Positions 43,355 to 53,057 of a stretch of DNA of 64,000 nt are shown here, piece after piece (position 1 is the stretch's first letter; every line of letters starts with the position of its first letter). Made by a program: the position numbers and the translations under genes. A model generated the notes under the pieces. That model searched no databases and had not been told where the DNA came from. It saw only the letters and a list, made by a program, of their open reading frames with translations. This stretch comes from Alphaproteobacteria bacterium (lineage in GTDB: Bacteria; Pseudomonadota; Alphaproteobacteria; SHVV01): NCBI GenBank assembly GCA_965261735.1, contig OZ253470.1:3392001-3456000 (forward strand), given 5' to 3'.

Positions 43355-43963
43355 ATGACGGCACAGATGAAAACGGGAATGGCGGGAATGGCGGCCGCCT
43401 TCAAACGCTACCGGGCGCGCCGTTTCCGGCGAGGTTTCAGCCTGTTCGGGGTTCTGCTCGGGCTCGGCCTTGCGGCGGTGGTCATCGTCGGCGCGGTCGG
43501 CACCTACAACGCCGCCCGCGAGGCGGCCAACCGGTCCGAGACGCTGGTGCTGCTGAACCGGATCCGGGCCAATATCGAAGCCTCCTTCGCCGGTGCGCCG
43601 AGTTACGGGAATAACGCCGATCTGGTCGCTGCGCTCGATCGCCGGGGCGGCATTCCCGATAGCGCCCGGACGATCGGGGCCGGCAACAGAGCCCAAATCC
43701 GCCATCCCTTCGGCGGGCTGGTGACGGTCATCGGCGGGCCAGGCGGCATTACCAACCGTTTCCGCATCCGGTTCGCCGATGTCGATAACGAGATCTGCGC
43801 GGCGCTGGGAGATGCCTATGCCGGGCGCAGCCGGGCGCGGGCCGGGGTGATCTCGATCACGATCAACGGCGCCGCTCTCACCTCACCCGTCACGGCAGCC
43901 CAGATCACCGCCGCTTGCGATGACGGCGACGGCGCCAACAATATCGGGTTCATCTTCGGATGA
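43355..43963 (+). CDS. pilS: PilS-like type IVb major prepilin
   Basis: Long basic leader RRFRRG|FSLFG, HPFGGLVTV, two Cys, terminal IGFIFG; several alternative ATGs. Confidence 0.8.
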   Translation: MTAQMKTGMAGMAAAFKRYRARRFRRGFSLFGVLLGLGLAAVVIVGAVGTYNAAREAANRSETLVLLNRIRANIEASFAGAPSYGNNADLVAALDRRGGIPDSARTIGAGNRAQIRHPFGGLVTVIGGPGGITNRFRIRFADVDNEICAALGDAYAGRSRARAGVISITINGAALTSPVTAAQITAACDDGDGANNIGFIFG

Positions 43964-45099
43964 CGCGCGTGCGCAAACATACATGCGGCGCGGGCGCGCT
44001 GCTCGGCGTGCTGCTGCTGGCGGCATTCGCGGGAACCGCGCTGACATTGCATTACGAGGCGCGCGGACTGGCACGCGGCGAGGCGCTCGACCGGGCTGCC
44101 GGGCGGATATTCGCCACCTGGTTCCGGGCCGCCCACCGGGCAAGCCAGGAGCACGCGGCGGTTTTCGAAACAACCCTCGCGGGCGGGCACACGATTGTCC
44201 TGACGCCGGCGCGATTGCGCGCGCTCGGCACGGCGCCGCCGGGAATGCCCGATGCGCCGGGCCGGAACGCCTCGTTCGCGTTCGGCGTCATCTCCGACGG
44301 CACGACGCGTGGCATTCCAATGGCTTTCGGCGTCCTCGAACCCGCCCCGGACGGTGGAACCGCGCACGGGGTGTCGATACGCGAGGGTGCGCTTGCCGCC
44401 GGTCTCGCCGGCCTGGAATCGGTTGGCGGTGGCGCTCTGATGGCGCCGCATTTGCCGGCGATCGAGGCGGCGCTCGGCCGCCCGCTCGGGCGGGACGCAT
44501 TCTATTTAACCGCCGATCACGGGCTTCGATATCTGGAGCAGGCGCTCTACCAGCGTGCACAGCCCGGCCGGGCGTATCTGAACCGGCTGGAAACCGGCCT
44601 CGACATGAGTTCCGCCGACCCGGCCAATCCGGTGGGCCGGAATATCGTTGCGGCCGGCGCGGTGATGGCGCGCGCGGCAAACTTAAGCGGCACTGCGGAA
44701 ATCGGCGGCAATGCCATGGTGGATGATTCCGTCACGGCCGGGCGGCTCGCCACGGCGGACCTCTCCGCGCGGGAGCTCGACGGCGCGGCGCTGACCGTCT
44801 CCGCCGATCTGATTGTCGGCCATGCCGTGACGGGCGTGGTTTCTACCGCCTCCGTGAAAGTCGCCGAGAGGCTCGACGCGGGAGGCTTGAGCACGGCAGG
44901 CACACTGAGTGCGCGGACGCTCTCCGCCGCCACGGCGGTGTCGGTCGCCGGTGAGGCGGCGGTCACGGGGACGTTCGATGGCGAGGAAACGAGTGTGAGC
45001 GGTGCTCTCCAGGCGGGTGGTATCGCCGCCCGGGCCGCGCACGGTCCGCAAGCCCGCATCGACGGCCTGATGACTGTCGGGAGTTGCGGCGGATGTTGA
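43960..45099 (+). CDS. PilV-like minor pilin 1
   Basis: Hydrophobic N-terminus, LNRLETGLDM, low-complexity beta repeats, ends VGSCGGC. Confidence 0.6.
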   Translation: MTRVRKHTCGAGALLGVLLLAAFAGTALTLHYEARGLARGEALDRAAGRIFATWFRAAHRASQEHAAVFETTLAGGHTIVLTPARLRALGTAPPGMPDAPGRNASFAFGVISDGTTRGIPMAFGVLEPAPDGGTAHGVSIREGALAAGLAGLESVGGGALMAPHLPAIEAALGRPLGRDAFYLTADHGLRYLEQALYQRAQPGRAYLNRLETGLDMSSADPANPVGRNIVAAGAVMARAANLSGTAEIGGNAMVDDSVTAGRLATADLSARELDGAALTVSADLIVGHAVTGVVSTASVKVAERLDAGGLSTAGTLSARTLSAATAVSVAGEAAVTGTFDGEETSVSGALQAGGIAARAAHGPQARIDGLMTVGSCGGC

Positions 45100-46235
45100 T
45101 GCACATGCCGGGACAACGACAAACCGTGTTCTGCCGCGGGTTGAGCCTGTTCGGCGCGCTTCTCGCGCTGGCGCTGCTGGGCATGATCGTCCTTGCCGCT
45201 GCCACCTTCTTCGAGACGCTCGCGGCCGAACGCCGCGCCCGTATCGCGGTGCAGCAATTGACCGTGCTGGCCGATGCAAGTGCAAGCCATGTGCATGGCC
45301 GGTTTCCGGAACTTTTGGCGGCCGCTCGAGGCGGCCCCGTGGAGATCACCCTCGCGCAACTCAAGGGAGCCGGATCGCTGCCGGTGGACTTTTCAGCGGT
45401 GGACGCGCTCGGGCGCGGCTATCGGGTGCTGATCCTCGCCGCGGGTGCGGACGCGATCGATGTCATGGCGGCTGAGAGGGTGGAGCCCGGCGATACGGTC
45501 GCCCCTTCAGCCGGCTTGTTGGAGGCGGCCGGCGAGGCACGCCTCGGCCTGGTCGCGCCCGATGCCCCGTCCAGGCTGGCCGGACCCACCATCGATCATG
45601 ACGTGAACGCCTTCCAGGCGGCTTTTGGCGGCGCCCCGGCTGTGGGTGCCCTGGCGGCGCTGCGCCGCTTCGATCACCAGGCCGTCTACGGCGGCAGGCT
45701 CCAGCGGATCGCTGTGCCGGGCTTCCCGGAAGCCAACCGGATGGAGACCGATCTCGACATGGGCGGCAACACCATTACCGGAGCCGGGCGAATCTCCGCT
45801 GAAAGCCTCTCGCTGGTCGGCGACCTGCAAGCGGGCGGCGATATTGCCGTTAGCGGCGATCTGACGGTCGGACAGGCCGTGCGGGTCGCCGGGACGGTCG
45901 AGGCCGAGGGCGCGATCAGTGCCGATACCGCTTCTCTCGTGGGCGTGGTGTCGAGCGGGTCGCTGAGGGTGAACAGCACGTTGCGGGCCGTAAATATCTC
46001 ATCGACAGGCACCGTCATGGCCGAATCGGTCGCGGCGACAGGGACGGTCACGGCTGGCGGCGCCAATTTCGAGCGTCTTACCGCCAACACGTTGTCGGCC
46101 CGCACGGTGTCAGCCGGTACGCTCTCCGCCGCTTCGGTCAGGGCCGCGGGCATTCGCGTAAACGGGCGCCTCGACGCATCCACGGCCGGGTTCAGCACTC
46201 TCATCGTCGGTCAATGCACGGGGTGCGGCCCATGA
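45099..46235 (+). CDS. PilV-like minor pilin 2
   Basis: CRG|LSLFG, ITLAQLKGAGSLP, ANRMETDLDMGGNTI (R64 PilV constant-region-like), ends VGQCTGCGP. Confidence 0.7.
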   Translation: MHMPGQRQTVFCRGLSLFGALLALALLGMIVLAAATFFETLAAERRARIAVQQLTVLADASASHVHGRFPELLAAARGGPVEITLAQLKGAGSLPVDFSAVDALGRGYRVLILAAGADAIDVMAAERVEPGDTVAPSAGLLEAAGEARLGLVAPDAPSRLAGPTIDHDVNAFQAAFGGAPAVGALAALRRFDHQAVYGGRLQRIAVPGFPEANRMETDLDMGGNTITGAGRISAESLSLVGDLQAGGDIAVSGDLTVGQAVRVAGTVEAEGAISADTASLVGVVSSGSLRVNSTLRAVNISSTGTVMAESVAATGTVTAGGANFERLTANTLSARTVSAGTLSAASVRAAGIRVNGRLDASTAGFSTLIVGQCTGCGP

Positions 46236-46729
46236 AACCCTTATTCGCGCTCACTCTTCTTATAGGGGCGTCTCTCCTGTTGGCCCAATTACAGCCTGTT
46301 GACGCACAGGAACAGGAGGCCGGAAAGGAAGCGCAACCCCGCAGTGCCCTGTTCGAGGCGCTGGAAATCCGCGCAAGCGAAGAAGCGGCGTGGCGGACGG
46401 CGGGAGCCGGCAACGGCGCCCGATCCGTCGAGGCCTGGGACAGGGAACGCGCCTTTGCCGGGATGGAACGGCTGCGCGCCGAGATCGTGATGTTGAGCGG
46501 TCTGCACGGCGCACAACGGGAACTGCTTCAGTGGAACCGCGAGCGGATCAAGACCGGAAGGGCGCCTGCCCTCCTGCCGCCGCGCCTCTGCCGGGAGGCG
46601 GCGCTCAGCGCCTGGTGCCCATTGTTGCCGGCAACCTTCGGCGCGGCCGCCAGGTCGGCCAATACACCGGCCGAACACACCCCGCCGAACTTATCCGGAA
46701 ACGGACCAATAAAGGATGGACTGCAATGA
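46232..46729 (+). CDS. Secreted hypothetical protein
   Basis: Signal peptide MKPLFALTLL; ATGA coupling on both sides. Confidence 0.6.
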   Translation: MKPLFALTLLIGASLLLAQLQPVDAQEQEAGKEAQPRSALFEALEIRASEEAAWRTAGAGNGARSVEAWDRERAFAGMERLRAEIVMLSGLHGAQRELLQWNRERIKTGRAPALLPPRLCREAALSAWCPLLPATFGAAARSANTPAEHTPPNLSGNGPIKDGLQ

Positions 46730-47964
46730 CAGATTTGATGATTGGCGGCCTTAGCTCGGGCCTGGTGCTGGCCGCGATGGCGGCTTTGGCGGTGCTGGAC
46801 GCGCGCCGGGCGGTCGTCGATCCGCGCCTGGTGCTGGCGTTGTTCGCCGCCGCGGCCGTATGGCGTTATCTGAGCCCGGACGGTAATAGCCCGTGGACGC
46901 CCTGGACGGGGATGGCGCTCGGTATCGCCGCCGTCGCGCTGCCGATCATCGTTGCCCAATTGCGTGGCCGGCGTTGGCCGCTCTATCCGGGCGACGCGAT
47001 GATGCTGGGGGCTTTCGGTTTCCTGCTCGGCCCGATCGGTCTGGCATGGACGATGCTGCTCGGATCGGCGTTCTCGCTCGCCTACCGGGTTTGGGTTCAG
47101 CGGCGGCGCGGCCGGCGCATCCGCAAAGGCCTTGTGCCACTCGGCCCCGGCATGACCGCCGGGGCGGTCGTGGTGTTCCTGTGCGTCAATTTCGGTGTGG
47201 CGTTCGCTGCCGGCGAACCGCCGCCGCATGGCGTGCCCGGCGTCACGGGAGCGGCGGCCGAGGTAACGGTTTCCCCCTTGCCGGATATCGCGCCCGCAGC
47301 GGCGCCGCTCCCGGCGACGGAACTGGCCCCGGCCAGCACCGCGCTGCCCGAGGCAATTGCCACTCGGGATCTGGTGTTCGAACAACGTGACCCCGTTTCC
47401 TTTCCGGCTGCACTCCGTCGCCTGTCTTCCCTGTCGGGCATCGCGACGGCGATCGAGGAGCGCCCGGCCCGGATCGCCGGCGGGATGGCGATCCTGTCCG
47501 ATCCGCCACCGATCCGCCTGGTCTGGCGGGGCGCCCTTGCCGGCCTGCTCGACCGCCTCGCGGCGCTGAGCGGCTACGACTGGAGCTGGCGCGAAGGAAC
47601 GATCGTCTTCTACCGCTATTGGGATATCGAACAACGCACCGCGGCCGTTGGCTCTGCCGATCGGATCGATGAAGTCGCACTGGACGATTCGTGGATCGTC
47701 GAGGCGGTCGCGCACAAGACCCTGCGCGGCGTGCTTGAGAGTTGGGTGCGCCAGGCGGGTTGGACCCTGGTCTGGAACTCGGCCCGCGATTACGCCGTGG
47801 GATCGAGCCCGGAGCAGGCCGACAACGCTGTATTTCGCGGTGGGTTTCTGGAGGCGGTCGATCAGTTGCTGGCCGGCGATGCGACTCGCCGGGCCCTGTC
47901 GGCGCTCGCCTACAAGGCGAACCGCCATCTGGTGATCGAGGACGCCGGAGCCGCCGGACGATGA
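46726..47964 (+). CDS. pilU: Prepilin peptidase (A24, PilU-like) fused to a TcpQ-like region
   Basis: AVLD, PGDAMML, VPLGPGM; then TLRGVLESW...AGWTLVW...FRGGFLEAV. Confidence 0.7.
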   Translation: MTDLMIGGLSSGLVLAAMAALAVLDARRAVVDPRLVLALFAAAAVWRYLSPDGNSPWTPWTGMALGIAAVALPIIVAQLRGRRWPLYPGDAMMLGAFGFLLGPIGLAWTMLLGSAFSLAYRVWVQRRRGRRIRKGLVPLGPGMTAGAVVVFLCVNFGVAFAAGEPPPHGVPGVTGAAAEVTVSPLPDIAPAAAPLPATELAPASTALPEAIATRDLVFEQRDPVSFPAALRRLSSLSGIATAIEERPARIAGGMAILSDPPPIRLVWRGALAGLLDRLAALSGYDWSWREGTIVFYRYWDIEQRTAAVGSADRIDEVALDDSWIVEAVAHKTLRGVLESWVRQAGWTLVWNSARDYAVGSSPEQADNAVFRGGFLEAVDQLLAGDATRRALSALAYKANRHLVIEDAGAAGR

Positions 47965-48491
47965 GAATCCTAACGGCTTTGGCAGTTATCCCAGCCTTGA
48001 TGGTCATGCTCCCGGCTTGCGCCACGTTCGCCCCGGATGCGGCGGTCGCCGTCAAGCAGATCGAGCCGGACCGGGCGGAGATGCTTCTGACCGAGGCCGC
48101 CCTGCGCGCCGAGCGAGCGCTCGTGGCGCTGGCCCGGGCACGCTCGGCGGAAGACCCGCTCGCCGATACGGCGCTGCCACGCATCGTCCCAGCGGCACTC
48201 CTGACCACGGTGACGCTCGATTGGACCGGACCGGTCGAGACCCTTGCCGAGGATCTCGCCCGGCGCGCCGGGTATCGCTTTTTCGCCGCCGGACCTGTCC
48301 CGGGCCGCCCGGCGATCGTCGCCGTCAAGACAACGGATGCGCCGCTGATCGCCGTCCTGCGCGATGCCGGTATCCAGGCCGGACAGGCGGCCGTGCTGAC
48401 AGTGGACGCGGACCGGCGGATCGTGCGCCTCGACTGGGCCACGGTGGATCGTTCACCCCGGACCGGGAAGACAAGGGAGGAGGGCTGGTGA
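47961..48491 (+). CDS. dotD: DotD/TraH lipoprotein
   Basis: LPAC lipobox, LDWTGPVETL...AGYRF, LRDAGIQAG. Confidence 0.85.
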   Translation: MRILTALAVIPALMVMLPACATFAPDAAVAVKQIEPDRAEMLLTEAALRAERALVALARARSAEDPLADTALPRIVPAALLTTVTLDWTGPVETLAEDLARRAGYRFFAAGPVPGRPAIVAVKTTDAPLIAVLRDAGIQAGQAAVLTVDADRRIVRLDWATVDRSPRTGKTREEGW

Positions 48492-49294
48492 TGCGAACGG
48501 GCGCCCTTGTTTTTCTCCTCCTTCTGATCGCCGGGCCTGTCCGTGCGGCCGCTTCGCCGCCCGACCTGGAGGCGCTTTACGAATTGGCGCCGGCGCCGGG
48601 CGTGGCGATCCCGTTCGCCGAGGAAAAACGCCATTCGGCGATGCGCCTGACGGCACTTGGGTTCGGGGCGCGCGCCGGTCTTGCACGCCGGAGTTGGGAA
48701 ATCGGCGTCATGCTGGAGCGGTTGTCGGCACCGCTCTCCGCCATCTATCGGTTCAGTGATCTGATGCTGACCGAGCAGGGTTTCACGGTGTTGCCGCCTG
48801 TGCTGGCCGAAACCCGCCAGGCCTTCCGGCTAGGGCGGGGACAGGCACGGGCCGCGAGCGCCCGGCGTGTGCTGCGCATCGTCGAGCCCGAGCGGATCGT
48901 GAGCGCCCCGCCGCATTGGCGCGACTACCTGGTCCGCTCGTGGCGGACGCCCGCCCCGCCCGCCGCGGTGCTGTTTCCGCGTACAAGTCCCGAGACCACG
49001 CTGTGGCGGCAATGGCTGGCCGAGGGCTGGGCGCACGGCACGGCGCTCGGCGACGATATCTTCGCCGCCGATCTCGACCGGCTCAACCGGACCTTCGAGG
49101 GCGTTGTGCGCTGGCACCGCCTGCATCTCGCGGACATGGTCTCGGCCCCCGGACTGACGACCGCCCACACCGCCGCTACGGGCCACGAACGTCTGCTGCG
49201 GATCGGCGAGACAAGCGTGCGGCTCGACAGGCGGGCTGCCTTCAATCTCGACACAAGGGCGTGGCGTGTCACCGATGGCGGAGACCTGCAATGA
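48491..49294 (+). CDS. dotC: DotC/TraI
   Basis: GARAGL, VLPPVLAE, VSAPPHWRDYL, DLDRLNRTFEG. Confidence 0.85.
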   Translation: MRTGALVFLLLLIAGPVRAAASPPDLEALYELAPAPGVAIPFAEEKRHSAMRLTALGFGARAGLARRSWEIGVMLERLSAPLSAIYRFSDLMLTEQGFTVLPPVLAETRQAFRLGRGQARAASARRVLRIVEPERIVSAPPHWRDYLVRSWRTPAPPAAVLFPRTSPETTLWRQWLAEGWAHGTALGDDIFAADLDRLNRTFEGVVRWHRLHLADMVSAPGLTTAHTAATGHERLLRIGETSVRLDRRAAFNLDTRAWRVTDGGDLQ

Positions 49295-50550
49295 CCGTGC
49301 GCGCCAACCATTGCACAGGTGGGACAACGTCCTCTTTGCCGGACTCCTACTGGCCCGAAGCGGCGCATGTGTTTCCGGTGGAACGGCTCGACGCCTTCCT
49401 GCTGTGGGCTGCGAAACGCGGCGCTTCCGACATCTCCTTCCAGACCGGCGCGCCCGCCTTCATCGAGGTCGACGGCAAGCTGGCGCGGGCGACCGGCGCG
49501 GCGCTCGACGGTGTTGCGCTCGGCGGCTTGTGCGCACGCATCTTCGATGCCACGGGCGAAGGCATCCTGCGCGGCGGGCGGGCCATCGATTGTTCCCACG
49601 CCGTCGCCGAGGCGCGCGGCGTCTTCCGGCGCTTCCGTTGCAACCTCGCCCCGATGCAGGCCGCGGGCGGTTTTGCCGTCAACATCACGCTCCGGGTTTT
49701 GCCAGGCGCGCCGCCGAGCTTCGAGGAACTGGGCATCGAGGACGAGATCGTCGAGGCCTGGGATCTGCGGCGCGGCCTGACCCTGGTGACCGGCGTGCCG
49801 GGCTCGGGCAAGTCCACCCTGCTCGCCGCCGGCACCCGGCGGCTGCTGGAGCGCGGTGCCGGTCGCATCCAGTCCTATGAGGCGCCGATCGAGTTCGTGT
49901 TCGATCACATCGAGGGAAACGGCGCGCTGATGTCGTCCTCGGAGATCCCCCGCCATTTCCAGAGTTTTGCCGACGGTCTGCGTTCTTCCCTGCGCCGCCG
50001 GCCCGCTGCGGTGATCGTCGGCGAGGCGCGCGACCGCGAGACCGTCGAGGCCGTGGTTCGGGCCGCCGATTATGGCATCGCCGTCTATTCCACCGCCCAT
50101 ACCATTGGCGTCGCGGCCACCATCCGTCGCCTGCTGGCTGAGTTCCCGGCCGGCGAGCGGGCCGAGCGCGGCGCCGCGCTGATCGACGCCATGAACCTCG
50201 CGGTCACCCAGGTGCTGGCGCCTAACCCGGCGGGATCGGACCAGAGTACCTCGGAACGAAGCGGTCGCACGGCTTTGCGCGAATGGCTGGTCTTCGATGA
50301 CCGTCTCAAGGCCGACCTACTGGAGCTGCCGCAAACCGGCTGGCCGGCGCGGATCGAGGCCGCGCTCGCGGTGACCGGCAACAATCTTGCCGCCGCGGCC
50401 GGGCGCGCCTTTGCCGAGGGCCGGATCGGATCGGACGTGCACCGGCGCTACCGCGCATCTGCCGCGGGCGCCGCTGGCGGCGGTGGCGACGCCGACCGGT
50501 CTGGGGGTTACGAGCTCGAAGCCCGATCAGGGAGCCCCGGCACATGTTGA
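49291..50550 (+). CDS. dotB: DotB/TraJ PilT-like ATPase
   Basis: GASDISFQ, TGVPGSGKSTLL, YEAPIEFV, LRRRP...GEARD, YSTAHT. Confidence 0.88.
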   Translation: MTVRANHCTGGTTSSLPDSYWPEAAHVFPVERLDAFLLWAAKRGASDISFQTGAPAFIEVDGKLARATGAALDGVALGGLCARIFDATGEGILRGGRAIDCSHAVAEARGVFRRFRCNLAPMQAAGGFAVNITLRVLPGAPPSFEELGIEDEIVEAWDLRRGLTLVTGVPGSGKSTLLAAGTRRLLERGAGRIQSYEAPIEFVFDHIEGNGALMSSSEIPRHFQSFADGLRSSLRRRPAAVIVGEARDRETVEAVVRAADYGIAVYSTAHTIGVAATIRRLLAEFPAGERAERGAALIDAMNLAVTQVLAPNPAGSDQSTSERSGRTALREWLVFDDRLKADLLELPQTGWPARIEAALAVTGNNLAAAAGRAFAEGRIGSDVHRRYRASAAGAAGGGGDADRSGGYELEARSGSPGTC

Positions 50551-50562
50551 GGAGACGATTCC

Positions 50563-50835
50563 ATGGACCCTTCCGAAGTGGCCTGGCGCGACACCATGCG
50601 CCCGGTGCGGTTCTACATGATCGATGCGCGCCTGCTGGTCCTGTTGACGATATGGCTGTTCGTGCCGGCCTGGTGGACGACGGCGGTCGTCTTGCTGGCG
50701 ATCGCGGCGTTCCGCATCGCCGAGGCGCGGGGCTACCGTTTCCGGGCCGGGCTCCGGGCGCTCCGCGCCGCAAGCGCTGGCCGGCGCCGCGCCCTTCACG
50801 CGGCGCGGTTGCGGCGCTTTGTGGATTTTGGCTGA
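50563..50835 (+). CDS. icmT: IcmT/TraK
   Basis: WRDTMRPVRFYMIDAR and two TM segments. Confidence 0.85.
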   Translation: MDPSEVAWRDTMRPVRFYMIDARLLVLLTIWLFVPAWWTTAVVLLAIAAFRIAEARGYRFRAGLRALRAASAGRRRALHAARLRRFVDFG

Positions 50836-51458
50836 TGGCGGGATTGGTCCTCATGCCGTCCACCGCTTCGGCCGAGTTTCGCTATGTGGCGCCGTCCGCC
50901 GTGCGCACCGGGGTCACCGTGCCGGACGAGGCCGGCGACCGCGGCGAGCGCAATGGCGCAACGCTTGTGCAAACCCTGAAACGCTTGGCGCCGCCCTCGC
51001 TCCACCTGCGCTACGACCGCCGGGTCGATGCCGCCAGGGTGGTCGTGGATGAGTATCCGGACTGGCAGAGCCTGTTGTTCGGCGAAGGGCTCGCGGCGGT
51101 TCGTCATGGCAGCGAGCTCCATATCCGCCCGGCCGGTTTGCCGCCGGGCGCGGTCGAGCTCGCTGCCGCCGACCGCGGCCATGGCGTGTGGCGCGTCGAA
51201 GCCGGCGACACCCTGCGGGCCGTGCTGGAGCGCTGGGGTGCGCGGGCCGGAGTCGAAGTGCTGTTTCTCACCGACCGGCGCTACCGCCTGCACCGCGGCC
51301 AGGCGTTTGAAGGCGCCTTCATCGACGCCGTGCAGGCGCTGTTCTTCGCGCTTTCCCATCTGCCACACCCACCCGCCGGGGAATTCACCACCGACGGCAA
51401 GTCGCTCGCGGTGACCCATCGCGCGCCGCAAATACCCGCAAACGGAGGCAAACCATGA
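50835..51458 (+). CDS. TcpQ-domain protein (PilL-like)
   Basis: WRVEAGDTLRAVLERWGARAG...FEGAFIDAVQALF. Confidence 0.65.
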   Translation: MAGLVLMPSTASAEFRYVAPSAVRTGVTVPDEAGDRGERNGATLVQTLKRLAPPSLHLRYDRRVDAARVVVDEYPDWQSLLFGEGLAAVRHGSELHIRPAGLPPGAVELAAADRGHGVWRVEAGDTLRAVLERWGARAGVEVLFLTDRRYRLHRGQAFEGAFIDAVQALFFALSHLPHPPAGEFTTDGKSLAVTHRAPQIPANGGKP

Positions 51459-52423
51459 ACTCGAGACCGATCGCGAAGTTCTTACCAAACATTACACTGA
51501 TAATAGCGGCCGTATCGGTTGCCGTGGTTGCGATCCCGGCGTCCCTTGCCGCCGAGCCCGACCTTGTGAGCACGCTCCGGGACAAGGGCGCACAAATCAT
51601 GCCGCTCGGTGCGCGCGGCGGGCTTGCGGGCTATCTCGTGACCCCGGTGGGCGGCGCCGGTTACAGCCTTTATATAACCAACGATGGCCATGGGGTCGCC
51701 GGTCTGCTCTACGGCCCGGACGGGGTGCTGATCACCGGCGGTCAACTCGCCGCCGTGCGTGGAGAAAACCGTCCGGCGGGAATCGCACCGAACCCGCTCC
51801 CGATGCTCGCGCCGAGCGGCGCTGCATCCGTTGCGCCGGTGAGCCGGGAGGCCGGGCCGCCAGGGTGCAGCGTTACCGGGACCGCGCCGCCGGAAGGCGC
51901 TTCCACGATGAACGCACATGGCGGTGGGGCTCGCGATCCCGCCGTCCCGCTCGAAGTGGCAACACGCGATACGGCCAACGGTGCCTCCCGGGCGGTCCTG
52001 TTCGAGCGTGCCGCGTCCGCATTCGGCTTTACCCTCGGCGAGCGCGGATCGCTGGTCGTCCTGTTCGGCGATCCCCACTGCCCGTGGTCGCGCTCGGCCG
52101 TCGCGCGGATCGGCCGCGAGGCGATGGCCGGCAAGCTGCGGCTGCATGTCGTGCCGGTGGCGCTGTTGGGCGCGGCTTCGGCCCACCGCGCGGCGGGGAT
52201 CGCGGCCAGTTCCGATCCGGCGCAAGCCTGGTTCGCCCGCAACGATGGTCCGGCCGACAGGCACGCCCGGGACCGCATCGCGCGTAATAACGCCCTATTC
52301 GATGCTTGGGGCGAGCGCTCCGTGCCGCTGATCGCACACCGCACTATGCAAGGCGGCATCGCGCACCGGGTCGGCGATATCGCCGATCTCAATGCCTGGC
52401 TGCGGGAGCTCGGCGATGAGTAG
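51455..52423 (+). CDS. DsbG/TrbB-like periplasmic thioredoxin-fold protein
   Basis: Signal peptide, DsbG-like N-domain, FGDPHCPWS, VPVALLG, SVP cis-Pro loop. Confidence 0.75.
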   Translation: MNSRPIAKFLPNITLIIAAVSVAVVAIPASLAAEPDLVSTLRDKGAQIMPLGARGGLAGYLVTPVGGAGYSLYITNDGHGVAGLLYGPDGVLITGGQLAAVRGENRPAGIAPNPLPMLAPSGAASVAPVSREAGPPGCSVTGTAPPEGASTMNAHGGGARDPAVPLEVATRDTANGASRAVLFERAASAFGFTLGERGSLVVLFGDPHCPWSRSAVARIGREAMAGKLRLHVVPVALLGAASAHRAAGIAASSDPAQAWFARNDGPADRHARDRIARNNALFDAWGERSVPLIAHRTMQGGIAHRVGDIADLNAWLRELGDE

Positions 52424-53057
52424 CCGGGTTCAGGCCATCGCGGAGGCCGCGCGGCAATTCGCCTTCCAGCGCGACCAGCATCATGGTTGGCGCCGCGCCG
52501 CATCGTGGCTGTTGGTGACGAACTTGCTCACGGCTGCAGCCTTCGCGGGGTACGTGTTTTTTCACTCCACGGTCTACATCACCGTGGCCGCGACCCCCGA
52601 TGGACGGCTGGTACCGCTGACGCCGCTCGACGAGCCGATCATGTCCGACGCGGCGCTGCGCAACTGGACCGTCGCGGCGGTCACCGAAGCCTTCACCCTG
52701 GGTCATCACGACTGGCGCCTGCGGCTCGCCGGCATCCGCGGCAAGTTCACCGATAGCGGCTACGAGTCGTTTCTGGCGGGGCTCGACGACAGCCTGTTCC
52801 TCGACCGGCTGCGCGACAACCTCCAGGTCGCCTCGGCGGTGGCCCGGGGCGCGCCGGTGATTACCGATACGCGGCATTTCGCCGGGCGGATCGGCTGGGC
52901 CATCGAGTTTCCCCTTCTGGTCACCTTCGAGGCCGGATCGCGGCGCGCCAGCCAAGATCTGCTGGCCCAGGTGCTGGTCATGCGCGTGCCGCTGGAGGAG
53001 CGCCCCGCCGGAATCGGCATCGAGCAATTGATCGCCAGCAAGGGAGGCGGCTCATGA
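52416..53057 (+). CDS. icmL: IcmL/DotI (TraM)
   Basis: ATPDGRLVPLTPLDEP, FTDSGYESFL, GIGIEQ. Confidence 0.9.
   Translation: MSSRVQAIAEAARQFAFQRDQHHGWRRAASWLLVTNLLTAAAFAGYVFFHSTVYITVAATPDGRLVPLTPLDEPIMSDAALRNWTVAAVTEAFTLGHHDWRLRLAGIRGKFTDSGYESFLAGLDDSLFLDRLRDNLQVASAVARGAPVITDTRHFAGRIGWAIEFPLLVTFEAGSRRASQDLLAQVLVMRVPLEERPAGIGIEQLIASKGGGS

Noticed and set aside
43960-46729. Shufflon after the pilV-like genes
   Set aside because: No sfx-like repeats, inverted cassettes or recombinase seen
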